Assembly: GCA_028534125.1 (NCBI GenBank)
Contig: CM052816.1
Span: 17,300,326-17,364,000 of the forward strand
Reading direction: 5' to 3'
Origin: Lama glama
Lineage: Eukaryota
Length of the DNA: 63,675 nt
This document shows, piece after piece, positions 1 through 13,472 of the stretch; within the stretch, counting starts at the first letter, position 1; the number at the start of each line of letters is the position of its first letter. The notes under the pieces are model-generated. The model searched no databases, was not told the DNA's origin, and worked only from the letters and a program-made list of their open reading frames with translations. Made by a program: the position numbers and the translations under genes.

Positions 1-340
1 AAAAAACAAAAACAAACAAACAAACAAAAACAAAGCATAAATACAGGACAGAAATAGACTCATGGACAGAGAATACAGACTTGTGGTTACCAGGGGGGTA
101 GAGGGTGGGAAGGGATAGACTGGGATTTCAAAATTGTAGAATAGATAAACAAGATTACACTGTATAGCACAGGGAAATATACACAAAATGTTATGATAAG
201 TCACAGAGAAAAAAATATGACAATGAGTGTGTTTATTATGTCCATGAATAACTGAAAAATTGTGCTGAACACTGGAATTTGACACAACATTGTAAAATGA
301 GTATAAATCAATAAAAAATATTAAAAAATGTTAAAAAAAT
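1..340 (+). mobile_element. Young camelid-type L1 3' end with AATAAA (310-315) and A-rich tail
   Basis: Reverse complement of the L1 3' ends at 10755-10966 and 39855-40270 (ggaatttgacacaacattgtaaaatga...aataaaaa). Confidence 0.85.
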
Positions 341-344
341 AACT

Positions 345-1950
345 CACTGTATGGATATACAGATTTGAGGCCATTTTGAGGCTATTATGAATAATGCTGC
401 TATGAACATTCAGGTACAAGTTTTTGTGTGGATGTAAGTTTTTATTTTTCTTGGGAGTGGGGTTGCTGCGTCATGTGATAACTCTATGTTTAACCTTTTG
501 AGGGAATGTCAGACTGTTTTTCAAAGCAGCTGCACCACTTCCCATTTTTATCAGCAGTGTAGGAAGGTTCCAATGTCTCCATATCTTCACAACACTTGTT
601 GTTTTCTGTGGTTTTCATTATAATCATCCCATTGAGTAGGAAGAGTTATCTCATTGTGATTTTGATTTGCATTTCTCTGATGACTAGTGATGTTGAACAT
701 CTTTTCATGTGGTCATTGGCCATTTCCATATCTTATATGGAGAAATGTCTGTGAAGATACTTTGTCTATTTTAAATTGGGTTATATGTCTACTTACAATT
801 GAGTTGTAAGGTTTCAAGTTCTTTATATATTCTGGATACAAGCCTTTTATCAGATACATGATTTACAAAGTTTTCCTTTCATTATATAGATTTTCTTCTC
901 ACTTTCATGACGTCCTGATGGTGTCCTTTGAGGAACAAAGTTGTAAACTTTGATGTCTAATTTTTAAATTTTCTTTTGCGCTTTTGGCATCCTGTCTAAC
1001 AAACCATTGCCTAATCTAAAGTCATGAAGACTTACCCCTGTGTTTTCTTCTAAGAGTTTTATAGTTTTAGCTCTTACATTTAGGTCTTTGATTAATTTTG
1101 AGTTAATTTTTGTATATTGTGTGAAGTAAGGGTCCAACTTTATTCTTTTGCATGTGGATATTCAGTTATCCAGTTGTCAGTAGTGTTGCTATGAACCCTT
1201 TGTTGAAAAGACTGTTCTTTCCCAGTTGAATGGTCTAGCACCCTTGCCAAAAATCAACTGACTGTGAATGTGAAGGTTTATTTTTAGACTCTCAATTCTA
1301 GTTTGTTGATCTATATAACTCTCCATGTGCTATTACTACACTTTTTAGCTTTGTAGTAAGTTTTGAAATTGAGAAACCTGAATCCTTCAACTCTATTCTG
1401 TTTCAACATTGTTTTGACCACTCTAGTTTCCTTGAATTTCCATATGAATTGTAGATTCAGCCTGTCACTTTCTGTGAAGAAGCCAACTGGGAGTTTGATA
1501 GAAATTATGTTGAATCTGTAGAATATTTTGGGGGAGTATTGCCATCTTAGCAACATTAATCTTTTAATTCACAAACGCTTACTTAGATTTTCCACTAATT
1601 TAGCTCTTCTTTAATTTCTTTCAACTGTGTTTTATAGTTCTAAGGTATAGGTTTTGTCCTTCTTTTGTTTTATTCCTAAGGTATTTTATTCTTTTTGATG
1701 CTATTGTAAATGGAATTTTAAAAACACATTTTTGGATTGTTCATTGCAAGTGTATAGAAATGTAGTTGGTTTTTATATATTGATCTTGTATTCTGCAACC
1801 TTCTTAAACTCATTTATTTATTCCAATAGTTTTTTAGTGGATTCCTTAGGATTTTTTGTATATGAGATCATGTCATTTGTGAACAGAGATAGTTTAATTT
1901 TCTTTCCAATTTGGATGCCTTGTATTTCATTTTCTTGCCTAATTGCCCTG
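345..1950 (-). mobile_element. Old L1 (L1M-type) fragment, ORF2 3' part and 3' UTR
   Basis: Minus-strand translation resembles the L1 ORF2 C-terminus (IYRFNxIxIKLP.GFF.E.D.L.L.FIWK...FKTYYKA); typical antisense L1 motifs (tttgatttgcatttctctgatg). Confidence 0.85.
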
Positions 1951-2009
1951 GGTAGCCACCCTAATAACCTTATTTATCAGCAGTATTTGATATAATTGAT
2001 CATTCCTTC

Positions 2010-2179
2010 CTTTAAAAAACTTTTTTTTACTTATTTTACTTAATTTATTACTGTGTTATTTTTGGGGGTGGGGGGAGGTAATTAGGTTTATTTATTTTTA
2101 ATGGAGGAACTGGGGATTGAACCCAGGATCTCATATATGCTAAGCATGTGTTCTACTACTTGATCTATACCCTCCCCCA
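2010..2179 (-). mobile_element. Camelid tRNA-derived SINE (Vic-1-like) with 11-bp TSD
   Basis: Minus strand reads GGGGAGGGTATAGATCAAGTAGTAGA...GGGTTCAATCCCCAG...AAATAAACCTAATTACCTCCCCCC with A- and B-boxes; TSD atcattccttc at 1999-2009 and 2180-2190. Confidence 0.85.
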
Positions 2180-2194
2180 ATCATTCCTTCTTTT

Positions 2195-2425
2195 TTGTAG
2201 CCTCTCTTCACTTGGCTTCTTGGACACCACACTGTTTTGGTTTTCCTCCCATCTCGTTGGCTAATTTCTCATCTCTTTCATTGGTTCTTTCTCTTCCCCC
2301 CAACTTCTTAACCTTCTCCCACCTCTGAACTCCAGACCCTAGTATCCACTTGCCTACATGAAAACCTCACTTAGATGTCCAATAAGCAGCTCAGATTTAC
2401 CATGTCCAAAACCTAATCTCTGATC
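2195..2425 (+). mobile_element. L2 fragment
   Basis: ctctgaactccagac...cacttagatgtc...catgtccaaa, characteristic of L2. Confidence 0.6.
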
Positions 2426-3734
2426 TTAAATGAAATATTTTGTAGAAAAAAAAGAGGAAAAGAAATAAGTTAACACTTACTGAATGCTTACTGTTAGCAT
2501 TATTGATTATCTTGTTTGCAGCACATTAGTTCTGACAGTCAGGGGACATGAGTCCTGGCCAGTTTGATTCCAGAGCCTGAGCTCCTTCCTAACAGCTCTG
2601 CTGTATTTCCCTACAAGTCACAATGTGTATAGTCTTACTTTTCTCTCCTCAAGATTGTCCCTTGGAGTAGTGTGTGATAGTTCAGAAAAAAGGATCCCTC
2701 AGGCTCTCTGGTAATTGGAATTAGAGCCATGCAGTGCTTTTAGAGTTGCAGCTTCCCTTTGCCATGCAGAGTGGAGACACAGAGATGTCTCCAGTGTGCA
2801 GACAGGTTTCCCACCACCAGGGAAAGCCTACCTTGAGTTTTGGGCAAGTTTCTCTTGGTCACTTTTCCAGGTTAGAGTTTCTCTGGTCTTGAGATACACT
2901 TCCTGCCTTTCAGAATCGCTCTTTTATTTGCTTAACTGGATTCTCCATCTTTATTCTTCATTCCTTCTGGTTTCTTCCCCATTTGTTCACAAAGTATCAG
3001 CTCTTTTGGTTTTGTGTAAGATATCCCACTATGACATTTGCCTGTTCAGCACCTAGCCCTGAAAATTTGCTTAGCACTTCTGACCAATCTGTGTCAACAC
3101 TTTGCTTATTAAAATACTGGTTACCAAAAAAAAAATTACTTGTATTTTAAGTAGCAGTAATAACTTCATTTTTCCCTAAAATCTTTAATAGAAGTGAAAA
3201 TATCCAAGATGAGTCTATTCATGTTGAAAATTTATTTTTTACAACACATTTTATCCAGATGAGAAACAAGACTATTCTCAGGTGGTGCCTGCAGTCTCTT
3301 TTGGTCCCCATGATATATATCCCAAGACAGCTAAGAAAGATGAGAAAACTGGTGAGGTCATTTGTCCCTGTTCATATAGCCAGTTAGGGGGCAGAGTCAG
3401 TTCTGTCCCCAGTTGAGCTGATTTATTCTGATAAAATTCACGCATTAGGATACACTTTTCACTGCAGGATGAGGTCCCACCTCCAGGTTTTGCCTCTTGG
3501 TGCTCAGAGGTCTCACTCTTCCCAGAACCCTCTCACTGGTTCCTTATTCCGTGTGCTTGTTTATCTCATCACTCTCACATGGAACCCAGTCATGACATTA
3601 GACTTCTCAATCCAGTACAGTGTGCTGAGTAACCACCACCAGTGCATTATGGTTGACATGTGTTTGTCCTCCTTGGCTTCCCTCCCGCCTCTAGTGCTTT
3701 AATCTAAAGGAGGGACCAGGATACCATAGAAATT

Positions 3735-3975
3735 AGAAGCATGGATTCTGGGGTTCAGCTGCTTATATTCAAGTTCTGTCTCTACTGCTCCCTTTCTTTG
3801 TGGCCTTGGGAAAGTTACTTAACTTCTCTGGGCCCCAGTTTCCTTTTTTTTGTACTATGGGGCATAACATTAGACCTACCTCGTAGGATTGTAGAGAGGA
3901 TTAAATGAAATAATATGTATTTAAAAAGTGGTTAGAACAGTGCCTAGCACATATAACTCAATAAGCGTTAACTAT
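3735..3975 (+). mobile_element. MIR SINE
   Basis: MIR core: ttacttaacttctctgggccccagtttcc...gaggattaaatga...agtgcctagcacat. Confidence 0.75.
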
Positions 3976-4819
3976 TGTATTGATAATAGCCATGATAAGT
4001 ATTTGAAAGGCTGGTGGAGGAAAAAAATTCTTGGATTGTTAGATGCTTTTGGTACCTTCTCAGTCTCCGGAATAGTCGAATATTCATTCTGTTTATGAGT
4101 GTGGATCAATCCTATTTAAAAATTCATTCATTTATTAACTCATTTATTTAGTAAACCTTTAGGGCCTACTGTGTGCTATGCGTGCAGCTATATGTCTAGG
4201 ACATCAGAGTAAACAAGTCCTTTTCAGAGTCCACAGTGTAGTGGGGATAACAAACAACTAAAAAAGTGGTTGCAGTTTTCTTAATAATTGCAGTGATTGG
4301 AGTCTGCACCGGGTCATTAGGGAGCCTTGTGTGTACAAGTGGAGTCTGCTTGGTGATAGTGTTAAACTTGGGTGGGAAGAGATACATACTTGAGTCCTCC
4401 AGATCTGGCTGGCCTCTGACCAGTGTTTCGTAGGCAGTGGGTCCCTCCATCTCAGTGGCGTGCTCATGCTCCTTGGCAGTCATTCAGTCACTCGACTAAT
4501 AGTCCGAAGCTTTTCCCACTGCTCCCTGAGCTGCTGTCCTCCTATCTCAGTCAGAGTTGGTGGAGTTGGGGAGCAGAGATGTAAAGACAAATGAAGGAGC
4601 CCTGGATTTGCAGCTGCAGAGTTGAGTGCCTTAGGAAAGCATGATTGTTACACTCATTAGGGAAGTGGAAGAGTTGAGGAGTTCATCCCCTTGCCTAACT
4701 CAAGATCTGGCGAGTGCATATGACAGCAGAATGTGGGCGTGAGAGAAAAATACCCTGGTATGGCTGGGGATGGGTATTGGTGCCGTGACCCATTCTGTCC
4801 CCTCACTGGTGTCTTACAG

Positions 4820-4926
4820 CAAACAGCTGTTGTGTGACGTGATGATTGTGGCAGAAGATGTGGAGATAGAAGCCCATCGTGTGGTGCTGGCGGCCTGCAG
4901 CCCCTACTTCTGTGCCATGTTCACAG
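4820..4926 (+). CDS. KLHL3: KLHL3 coding exon (human exon 3 equivalent), start of BTB domain
   Basis: ttacag|C ... ACAG|gtaag; 107 nt, phase 2 to 1; encodes (S)[35 protein letters not shown](G), matching KLHL3 and the BTB HRxVLAAxSxYF motif. Confidence 0.97.
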
Positions 4927-7284
4927 GTAAGATGAGGGGTGGACAGTAACCCACAGCGATGGGGCTGCAGTCCCACTGGGAGGATGTCAAGAGTGATGGC
5001 ATGAGGGTGGGGAGGAAGGAGAAGGTGGTGATACCCACCACGAGGAGCTTCTAGGTGCCAGAGTCTGTGCTTTGCTTCGTGGAGCTGCAGAGAACCGTGT
5101 TGAAACAACAGTCTCAGCCGGGCCAGTCAGGCACGCAGCCCCTGTTGCAGTTCACTCTGAGGAAAAAAGATAGACTCGTATAGCTCATGAATTCTCAGAC
5201 TCTCATGCATCAGAATCATGTAGGGGGCTTGTTAGACATGTAGACCCATGGGCTCATCCCCGAGCTTCTGCTCTTTCATTTTACAGATGGGGGACACTGA
5301 GGTTGGGAAAAAGGAAGAGACTTGCCTGAGGTCACACATGGATGAGTGGAACTTGGCTTCTGGATGCCAAGCCCAGCGGTGGCCCAGCTGGCCCACATCT
5401 TGTCATTCCTTAGCCATTCCTTCCAGGTGGGGGCCTTGAGCCTCCTCTAGCCTTTCCAGGAGTGTGGGAGAGACTTGGGAGAAGTGGTAGTGCGGCAAGG
5501 GGTGGGGAAAGTAAGATGTAGGAATAGTCACCATCTGTCATTCAGTTTCAGCACCTTTGCCACCTTGCCAGGGAGTCCCCGTTTCCTGGGCATCCCAAAT
5601 AGCCTTGTCTGACTACTGCACGTCTGTTGCTTCTGAGACGGAGTTCCCTGAACCCCGTGGGCTGGATTTCTTGTCTTTAGTACCTCGCAGCACCCCTGAA
5701 CCAGGGGCAAACAGTGCCCTATCATCCCTACTGACTGAAGGCCAGCCAGCCTGGGTGAGGCCCCCAGACCAGGTCACATGTCCCTTCCACATGCTCACCA
5801 AGTAACGTGTGCTTCCTGTAAGTGTGGTCCCTGTCACTCTGTACTCTTCGTCTGTCTCCTGGTGTCTCCACTGCCCATGCTCTGGCATCTCACGTACCCA
5901 CTGCTTCTCAACCTGCAGTTGGCTGTTCACGTGTTGCCTCCTCTCTGACCACCTGAGCCAGAGTCCCCCAGTAGGTCTCTTTCTGATCCATAACTCGACT
6001 GTTTTTTTCATAATATTTATCACTATCTGAAAATCACATTGGCTGTTTGTTTATATATATTTTTTCCTCTCTCTCCTTACTAGACTGTAAGTTCCATGAA
6101 GACAGGGATCTTGCTGGACTTGTTTGTTACTATTTCTTGAGCTCTGGTACATAAGAGGACTAAAATACTTTCCAAATGAACAAAGTGCCTCCCACCCTTG
6201 ATTGTGAGCTTTGGGCACTTGGGGACTACGTCTTGTCACTATTGAATCCTTAGTGCCCACCACCAGGCCTGGTGTTCAGGAGACAGTGGCTAAGTGAAGG
6301 TTGCACGAATAAATATGAGATGGCAAAGAATGGTGAGTGCAGGCACATCTTTGCTGAACAGACTCTTACCCTTTTACTAGTGTAGTCCACGGCCTCTGGT
6401 AGGCAAGAGTGGTTCTTGTTGGGGGAGACTTAGCACTTGTGTTTTGAGAGTTCCTCACATGTGTGTCCCCCTCAGCTTATCAGGGGAAGGAGCTGGTCTC
6501 AACCCTGAGCAGCGCTTCTGCTAAGTGGACCAAGGCACTCTTCCTCACTTGGAGCCTTGGGCCAGGAATTCCACGGCGCAGCCTGGAAAACCAGCTCATT
6601 TGACGACCTGGAAATTTTGAGCCACATTCTCTTTGGAGTAGTCTCCAACTCTAGTAGTAAGGCTTTGATTTCTTTTTTCTCCCTCTTCTTCATCTGTCTC
6701 TCTTTTAAAATAATTTGTCTGCATAGCTATTCAGCTGCACCTTCGATAAATAGCTCTGCCAGTCATTTTCTGTGTGTGTGGTTTGAAAAGTCCAGTGTTG
6801 AGAGAGGAATCTGTTTGGAATTGCAGTGAAATGTACTGTTGTCTTCACTTTATGCTAATAAACTTGCCTCTAGGGTAGTAGAAATGTCTAAGCAAAAACA
6901 AGGTGATTTTAAAAAGGGAGAGAAAAGATGATTCTGGATCAGGTTTTGGAGTCTACTATTTGAAGGGAGAAGAGACTCAAGAGAAGAAAGCAGTCTAATG
7001 TGATGCCCACCCAAAGCCTTCCGCTGAATCTGGTTACCATCCATCCTTCCATCCGTTCGTCCACCCACCCACCTGTCCACTTACTCATCCAAACACTATT
7101 CACATATGTTCCTTGCAGAAAAAAAATAGAAAATGTGGGCAGGCAAAACCAAAAATTACACATAATACAACATTTACTCTTGTGGTACCTGATGCTTCTC
7201 TTTAGTGTTATTACTTATCTCATTACTCCCTCACTGTCTGATTTCCCTGGTTAGTCATAAGCTTTATGAGGGTAAAAACTGTAC

Positions 7285-7386
7285 TTTTTTTTTTGCTTTC
7301 TTCTAGGAGTTTATTTTATTTTATTTTTTGCATTCTTTTTTATTGCAGTATAGTCAGTTTACAATATTGTGTCAATATCTGGTGTT
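7285..7386 (-). mobile_element. Very short 5'-truncated L1 3' end with poly(A)-derived tract and TSD
   Basis: tttttattgcagtatagtcagtttacaatattgtgtc; TSD aaactgtac at 7276-7284 and 7387-7395. Confidence 0.75.
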
Positions 7387-9619
7387 AAACTGTACCTTTT
7401 AAATTCACTACTGTGTCCCCCCTGCCTAGTGTAATCTTCCATATAGTAAGTGCTCAATGAAAATTTGCTTAGTTGAACTTAGCAATATATTGTCAATATA
7501 TTTTCATGTCAATGAAATCACATTTACATCATAATTTTAATGGTTTCATAAGAGCCTGTCATATGTATCCTAATTGAAAATCCATTTCCTTATTGGAAGT
7601 TATAATTCTTTCTAGTATTTTGCTATTATAAATAATTCAAAAATGGGTATCGTTGCAACTTAGTCTTTACCTACATTCTTGATTATTTCCTTAGTATAGG
7701 TCCCTAGCATAAGAAATACTAGTTAAAGGGTATGTGCATTTTGAAGACTTGTGAAACACATGTTACAACTCCACAATTCTTAGAACTATTGTACCAGCTT
7801 ACATTTCCGTCAGCAGTATGTGAGACGTGTGTGGTTTTGGAGACCCTTGGTTTTGGTTAAACCTTGGTAAACAAGTACAGAAGAAAAAGTGATTTTGCAA
7901 AATTTTATTCTAATTATCAGGTTCAGCTTCAAAATGCATAAAATTAGTAACAAAAAGGCCCAGCTGACTCTTGTTAAGTCCATTTCTATCAGCGTGTTTA
8001 AGGCTCCAAAGAAAAGAAAATACGTGTGACTTTCTTCTGACTTGAGTGATGTGATTAAGATCTTTCACTCAGGCTTAAAGTGTTTATTTTTTGGTTTTGT
8101 CCTCTGAGTTCATATTTCCCAAATGTCCTCTGATGGTTCCACATATGAGCCCCACTCCCTGACCATGTCCTTTCCAGAGTAACTTGGAATAAATGTGGAA
8201 CTGAGGTGTGAATGCCCACAGGGGAGTGTCCAAAGGCAGCCAGCCCTTGAGAAGATCTGGGCTGGGCAGTCAGCTGAATGGCTCCCACTCCTTTAGCATT
8301 TGCAATTGGAGAGGCTGGTGGTGCTGGTTCTGCTCTTTTCCCTGTGAGTGTAAAAACTGAAGATTCCCCTCAACCCATCCTCCCCATCTAGCCCCTCCAT
8401 CCCAGGGGAAGATAATTTTCCCAAGTTTTTTCCCTCTTTTTATCACATCTTTTACTAAGGGATCTGTGTACTATAGTATGTGTACTCCACATTGGTCCCC
8501 ACATGTCATCCAAATACTTGAAAAAGAATCCCATTTTATGGTGTTAAAGACACCGAGTTTTAAAGAATGTATGGGCTCAGGGTCTTAGGCCTATCATCAT
8601 GGCTAAAGGACTTTGAGCTCCATCCTGAAAGCGACCCTGGGAGTGAACTGCCCTGTTCTTCTGATTGTATTGTACTATGTACAGAGGCTGATTAGATTGG
8701 TTTTGTTTTTTTAAAGAAAAGTTACTGTCTAGTTTTTATTAGATGTAGGCTGAGATTCAACTCATGTCTTTGAACATATGGTGAGTACAAATAGGGAGGA
8801 GAGTCAGGAATGTGCTGGAGGTAAGAGGCAAGGGTCTTGGAACTGGAGAGGACACTAACCATCCACAAACAGAACAATGAAGGCCTGGCTCTTTTGCTCA
8901 CCTCCCAGGTATGCACTTATCCTACATAACCACGTCACACTTTCTTTGTGCCATATTCTGCCAGGCCTTGGTCCAGATCTGTGTTTTGAGTGTTCGTATG
9001 ATGTATTGATGTCTTTGAAGATCTCTGCATAACATACAGTTCAGCAATACTTAATCCAAGGCAGTGGGGCAGGCAGGGAGGGAGCACTAAGGAATAGAAT
9101 CCTTAGCATAAAGAGGGTTTTGAGAGAATAGTAGCAGTAGCTAGGGTCTGGTTTCTGACAGTTTTGCCCCTGAGATTAGAGTTACAGATTGGATAGAATA
9201 GCTCAGAAAAAAAAAGGGTTGGAAGCATCAGAGACTGCTTGGGATTTAGGAGAAATGGCTTCATCTTCCACGTGACTGTCTTTTGGAGTTGGTTACCTCG
9301 GGGCAGAAGCTTGTAGTGACGTATGGTTTCTTCTTCCTGTCCCCAACACACCACATCAAAGTCAGGCCTCCTTTTGTGGCTTAAGAGTCCCAGATTTAAG
9401 GATGAGGGGTACGGTAGTCATGTCTAAAAATACAATTGCTTTTGTTGTAGAAATGGTGAGTTTTTTCAAGAGTTAATTTGGGTGCAGTTCAACACAGGCC
9501 TGTGTAGCACCTCGGAAGAGAAACCACTATTCCAGACACCCACCAGCACCTATTAAGGTGCAGCTGGTTTGACCAAGATGATCTAGGGTAGACTGGTCTG
9601 GACGTAGAGTAGCTCAGTA

Positions 9620-9970
9620 TGAACATTGGGGTACATGTGTCTTTTTGAATTAATGTTTTCGGGGGTTTTTGGATATATACCCAGGAGTGGAATTTCTGGG
9701 TCATATGGTAGTTCTATTTTTAGTATTTTGAGAAACCTCCATATTGTTTTCCATAGTGGCTATACCAATTTACATTCCCACCAACAGTGTATGAGGGTTT
9801 CCTTTTCTATACACCTTCTCCAACATTTGTTATTTGTGTTGTTTTTGATGATAGCATTCTGACAGGTGTGAGGTGGTATCACATTGTAGTTTTAATTTGC
9901 ATTTCCTTGATGATTAGAGATACTGAGCATCTTTTCATGTGCCTGTTCGCCATTAGCATTTCCTCTTTTC
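9620..9970 (-). mobile_element. Internal L1 fragment (ORF2 end / 3' UTR start)
   Basis: Minus-strand translation gives [14 protein letters not shown] (L1 ORF2 C-terminal motif); no poly(A) tail visible. Confidence 0.8.
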
Positions 9971-10647
9971 TGAAAGTTCAGAGTCTGAGGTAGCTAGGCT
10001 GGTCCTCTTGGGAAAAACCAGCAGAGGAGGATGCTTGGGTTGACCTTAAATATAGAAGGACTTATAGGGCTTATGTTCTGTTTGCTAGAAATATTTTGCT
10101 GAAGTAGTCAAGGTGAATGAAGGAACAAGAATGGCCAAGTCTTTGTTGATTTCTCCCCCTCCAGAATTATGGAAGTCTGTGGATCTAACGAGATGTCAAG
10201 AGAAAGCCTCTCTCTTTCTTTCCCTGCTCCAACAAGTATGTGTTAAGTGCTTATTATATGCCAAGCACTTTGTTAGGTGTTGAGGATATCTTGACAATAA
10301 ACTTGACAAGATCTCATCTCCCTTCTTTCTTACTTGTAGGTATTTAGTATAAGTTGTCCTCAGCATGTGGACATAGGCCTTGTTTGGAAATACTTTTATC
10401 AAGGTCATTAGTTAAGGTCTGGTTTACATTATAGAGGGATTTATTAGAAATGACATGAAGTCTAAAGTTAGGCCAATTTTCAAATCCCAGTCTTGCCTCT
10501 TACTAGCTATGTGCGAATGCCTCTTGAAATGCCAGTTCTATAATTTGTCAAATGGAAGTAATACTAGTACCTCCTGTGGGTGTTACTAGGATTAAATGAA
10601 ATAATGTATGTAAATCCTGAGGGCCTGGTACATAGCAACAATTATTA

Positions 10648-11123
10648 TTATTATTATTATTATTATTACTGAAGTACAGTCAGTTACCATGTGTCAATTT
10701 CTGGTGTACAGTACAAAGTCCCAGTCATGCCTATACATACGTATGTTCATTTTCTTTTTTTTTAACATTTTTTTTACTGATTTATAATCATTTTACAATG
10801 TTGTGTCAAATTCCAGTGTAGAGCACAATTTTTCAGTTATACATGAACATATATATATTCATTGTCACATTTTTTCTCTGTGAGCTACCATAAGATCTTG
10901 TATATATTTCCCTGTGCTATACAGTATAATCTTGTTTATCTATACTACAATTTTGAAATCCCAGTCTATGTTCATTTTCATTTTTTTATTAAAGGTTATT
11001 ATAAGATATTGAACATAGTTCCCTGTGCTATAGAAAAGAAACTTTAAAAAAATCTATTTTTATATATAGTGGCTAACACTTGTAGATCTCAAACTCCCAA
11101 ATTTATCCCTTTCCACCCTACAA
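10648..11123 (-). mobile_element. L1 3' end with a second, younger L1 3' end nested at 10755-10966
   Basis: Outer TSD caacaattatta at 10636-10647 and 11124-11135; inner TSD tatgttcattttc at 10742-10754 and 10967-10979. Confidence 0.85.
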
Positions 11124-12814
11124 CAACAATTATTACTACACTTTTAGGTCTATTGAAGCTGACGTCTTAGTTTGGTGCACTAATTTCTCCTGGTTTATAA
11201 GAGATATTAAATGGGATTTTACAAGTCCTTCTGGTTTGTATAGGTCTCCAATTTCCTATAAGGGACATTTCTCAGAGGATAAACATTGTCTTTGAAGACC
11301 TAGGTTTTTTTTTTTTCCAGACTTTTTCCTTGCTTACTGAAATTTTAAGCACTTAATATAGAAATTAGAAATTTCTGAGTCATGTAAAGAAGCAAGAAAA
11401 AAAATCTCCCAAATTTCCATCATTTAGAAAAATGTGTCTTAATGTTTTCTGGACAATTGAGACTGATGAAAATGATCTATCATCCCCAAGAGAATCAAAC
11501 TTTGGCCCACATATACAAATATTTTCATGCAATTTCAGGAGTTTCTGCTTGTTTACCCCAAGTTACAAACCCTCACCTGACTCCCAAGCACTAACTCCAT
11601 AGACAGAAAACAGTCAGGCCAGGCTGTGCTTCACACTTACTAAGGGCTTCTGCGTCTCTTGGTTCTTGCAGTCGGGTTGCTCTTTTTTTCGTTCTTTGTC
11701 CTAAGGCCCAAGTTCTTAAACTAAGAATTGGCCACCTTTGATGATCATTTGTGATATAATTACCAACTGGACTTTTATTAATAGACATCTTAATGGCTGT
11801 TTAGAGAGATGGATTTAACTTCTGATTTCCTTGTGTGTATGTTCTCATTTGTCTTGGTGTAAACTCAACAGAGAGCTTGTGAGAGCCTGTTTCATGGGTA
11901 GCGGAGAAACCTATCTTTTCCTGTTTCCTTTTGGCCTCTTTGTTCCGTCTCAGAGCTCTTTGTGCTAAGGCCTTTTACTGGCTTTTACCAGCAGTCAGAA
12001 GAGAGAACAGAGTCAGGTAGGGGGAGATGTCTCTGGTCTACCTGATCTGGCAGCGGAGGGAGCTGGCAGGGTTTGGAATAGGTTTTTTCCTTCTTTTTCT
12101 TCCCTGCTCAGCATCATTCATATCTAGAACTGTGCAGGATGGGAACTGTGGATTGGGGGAACAATCACGTGCAGTCTGTGCAGCTTGGAGGTGGGCGTCT
12201 GCAGCCCACATGCTGTACTGTACTTTATTTTGTTGGCTCCCAGGGACAAATTCCGCAGAGAGAAAACAACTGCCCAGGCTCTGTTTTCACACTCACATTA
12301 GGACTTCTGAATCCCTGTTTCTTGCAGTCATGTTACCCTTTCGTTCAGCCTATAAAGATGCATGTCTTGCCTGTCTTTTCCTTCTGAACTCAGCAGCCCT
12401 TGTTGAATGAGCCCATCTCTAGGTAAACATGTGCACTGTATATAGAGGGCAGGCTGGAGTCGGGGCCCTCCGGATTGTGCGAACGTGGTGCCACTGCTGC
12501 CCTAGTTCACAAGCCTGTGTCCTCTCTTTCTTGGATTATTATCAGGGCTGCCCATCTGTTCTCCCTGCCTCTGATCCAGCTTCCACCCTGCATCCAAAAT
12601 TTCATTCAAAAACACCCATCTGTTGATGTCATTCCCCTTTAAAACCTTTCAGTGGTGCTATTCTTAGGATAAAGTCCAAACTCATTTGCATGGTTTACTG
12701 GGCTCTGCAAGTCCTGGCCACTATCTGCCTCTCCGGCCTCCTTCTCACTGTCACCACATGTACCAGCCATACTGGCCTCTCACTGTTCCCAAAACTTACT
12801 GTTTTGGCACTATT

Positions 12815-13472
12815 CTTTCTTTCTTTCTTTTTTTAACTTTAGAGTTTTTTTTACTTATTTTTCTAATTAAAGTATAATCAGTTTACAATGTGTCAATTTC
12901 TGGTGTACAGCATAATGTTTCAGTCGTACATATACATACATATATTCACTTTCATATTCTTTTTCATTATAGGTTGCTGCAAGATACTGAATATAGTTCC
13001 CCATATTATATGGTAGAAACTTGTTGTTTATGTATTTTATATATAGTAGTCAGTATCTGCAAATCTTGAACTCCCAATTTATCCCTTCCCACCCCTTGTC
13101 CCCTTGGTGACCATAAGTTTGTTTTTTATGTCTGTGAGTCTATTTCTGTTTTGTAAATAAGTTCATTTGTGTCTTTTTTTTCAGATTCCACATATAAGTG
13201 ATATCATATGGTTTTGTCTTTTTCTGACTGACTTCGCTTGGTATAATAATCCCTAGGTTCATCTATGTTGCTACAAATGTCATTATTTTATTCTTTTTTA
13301 TGACTGAGTAGTATTCTACTGTATGTAAATGTATATGTATATACTACAATTTCTTTATCCAGTCACCTGTCAATGGGCATTTAGGTTGTTTTCATGTCTT
13401 GGCTATTGTATATAGTGCTGCTGTGAACACTGGGGTGCATGTATCTTTTCGAATTAGAGTTCCCTCCAGATA
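12815..13472 (-). mobile_element. L1 3' fragment
   Basis: T-rich tail then aagtataatcagtttacaatg...agattccacatataagtgatatcat; degenerate TSD tgttttgg. Confidence 0.85.

Noticed and set aside
2095..2179. tRNA-like sequence with A- and B-boxes
   Set aside because: It is the head of a tRNA-derived SINE with tail and TSD, not a tRNA gene
4803..5108. Minus-strand ORFs overlapping KLHL3 exons (also 14137-14482, 23800-24006, 54486-54743)
   Set aside because: Antisense shadows of real coding exons
8330..8350. Donor-like cct|gtgagt in non-repeat intron 3 sequence
   Set aside because: Weak exonic positions and no supporting promoter or acceptor that I could define
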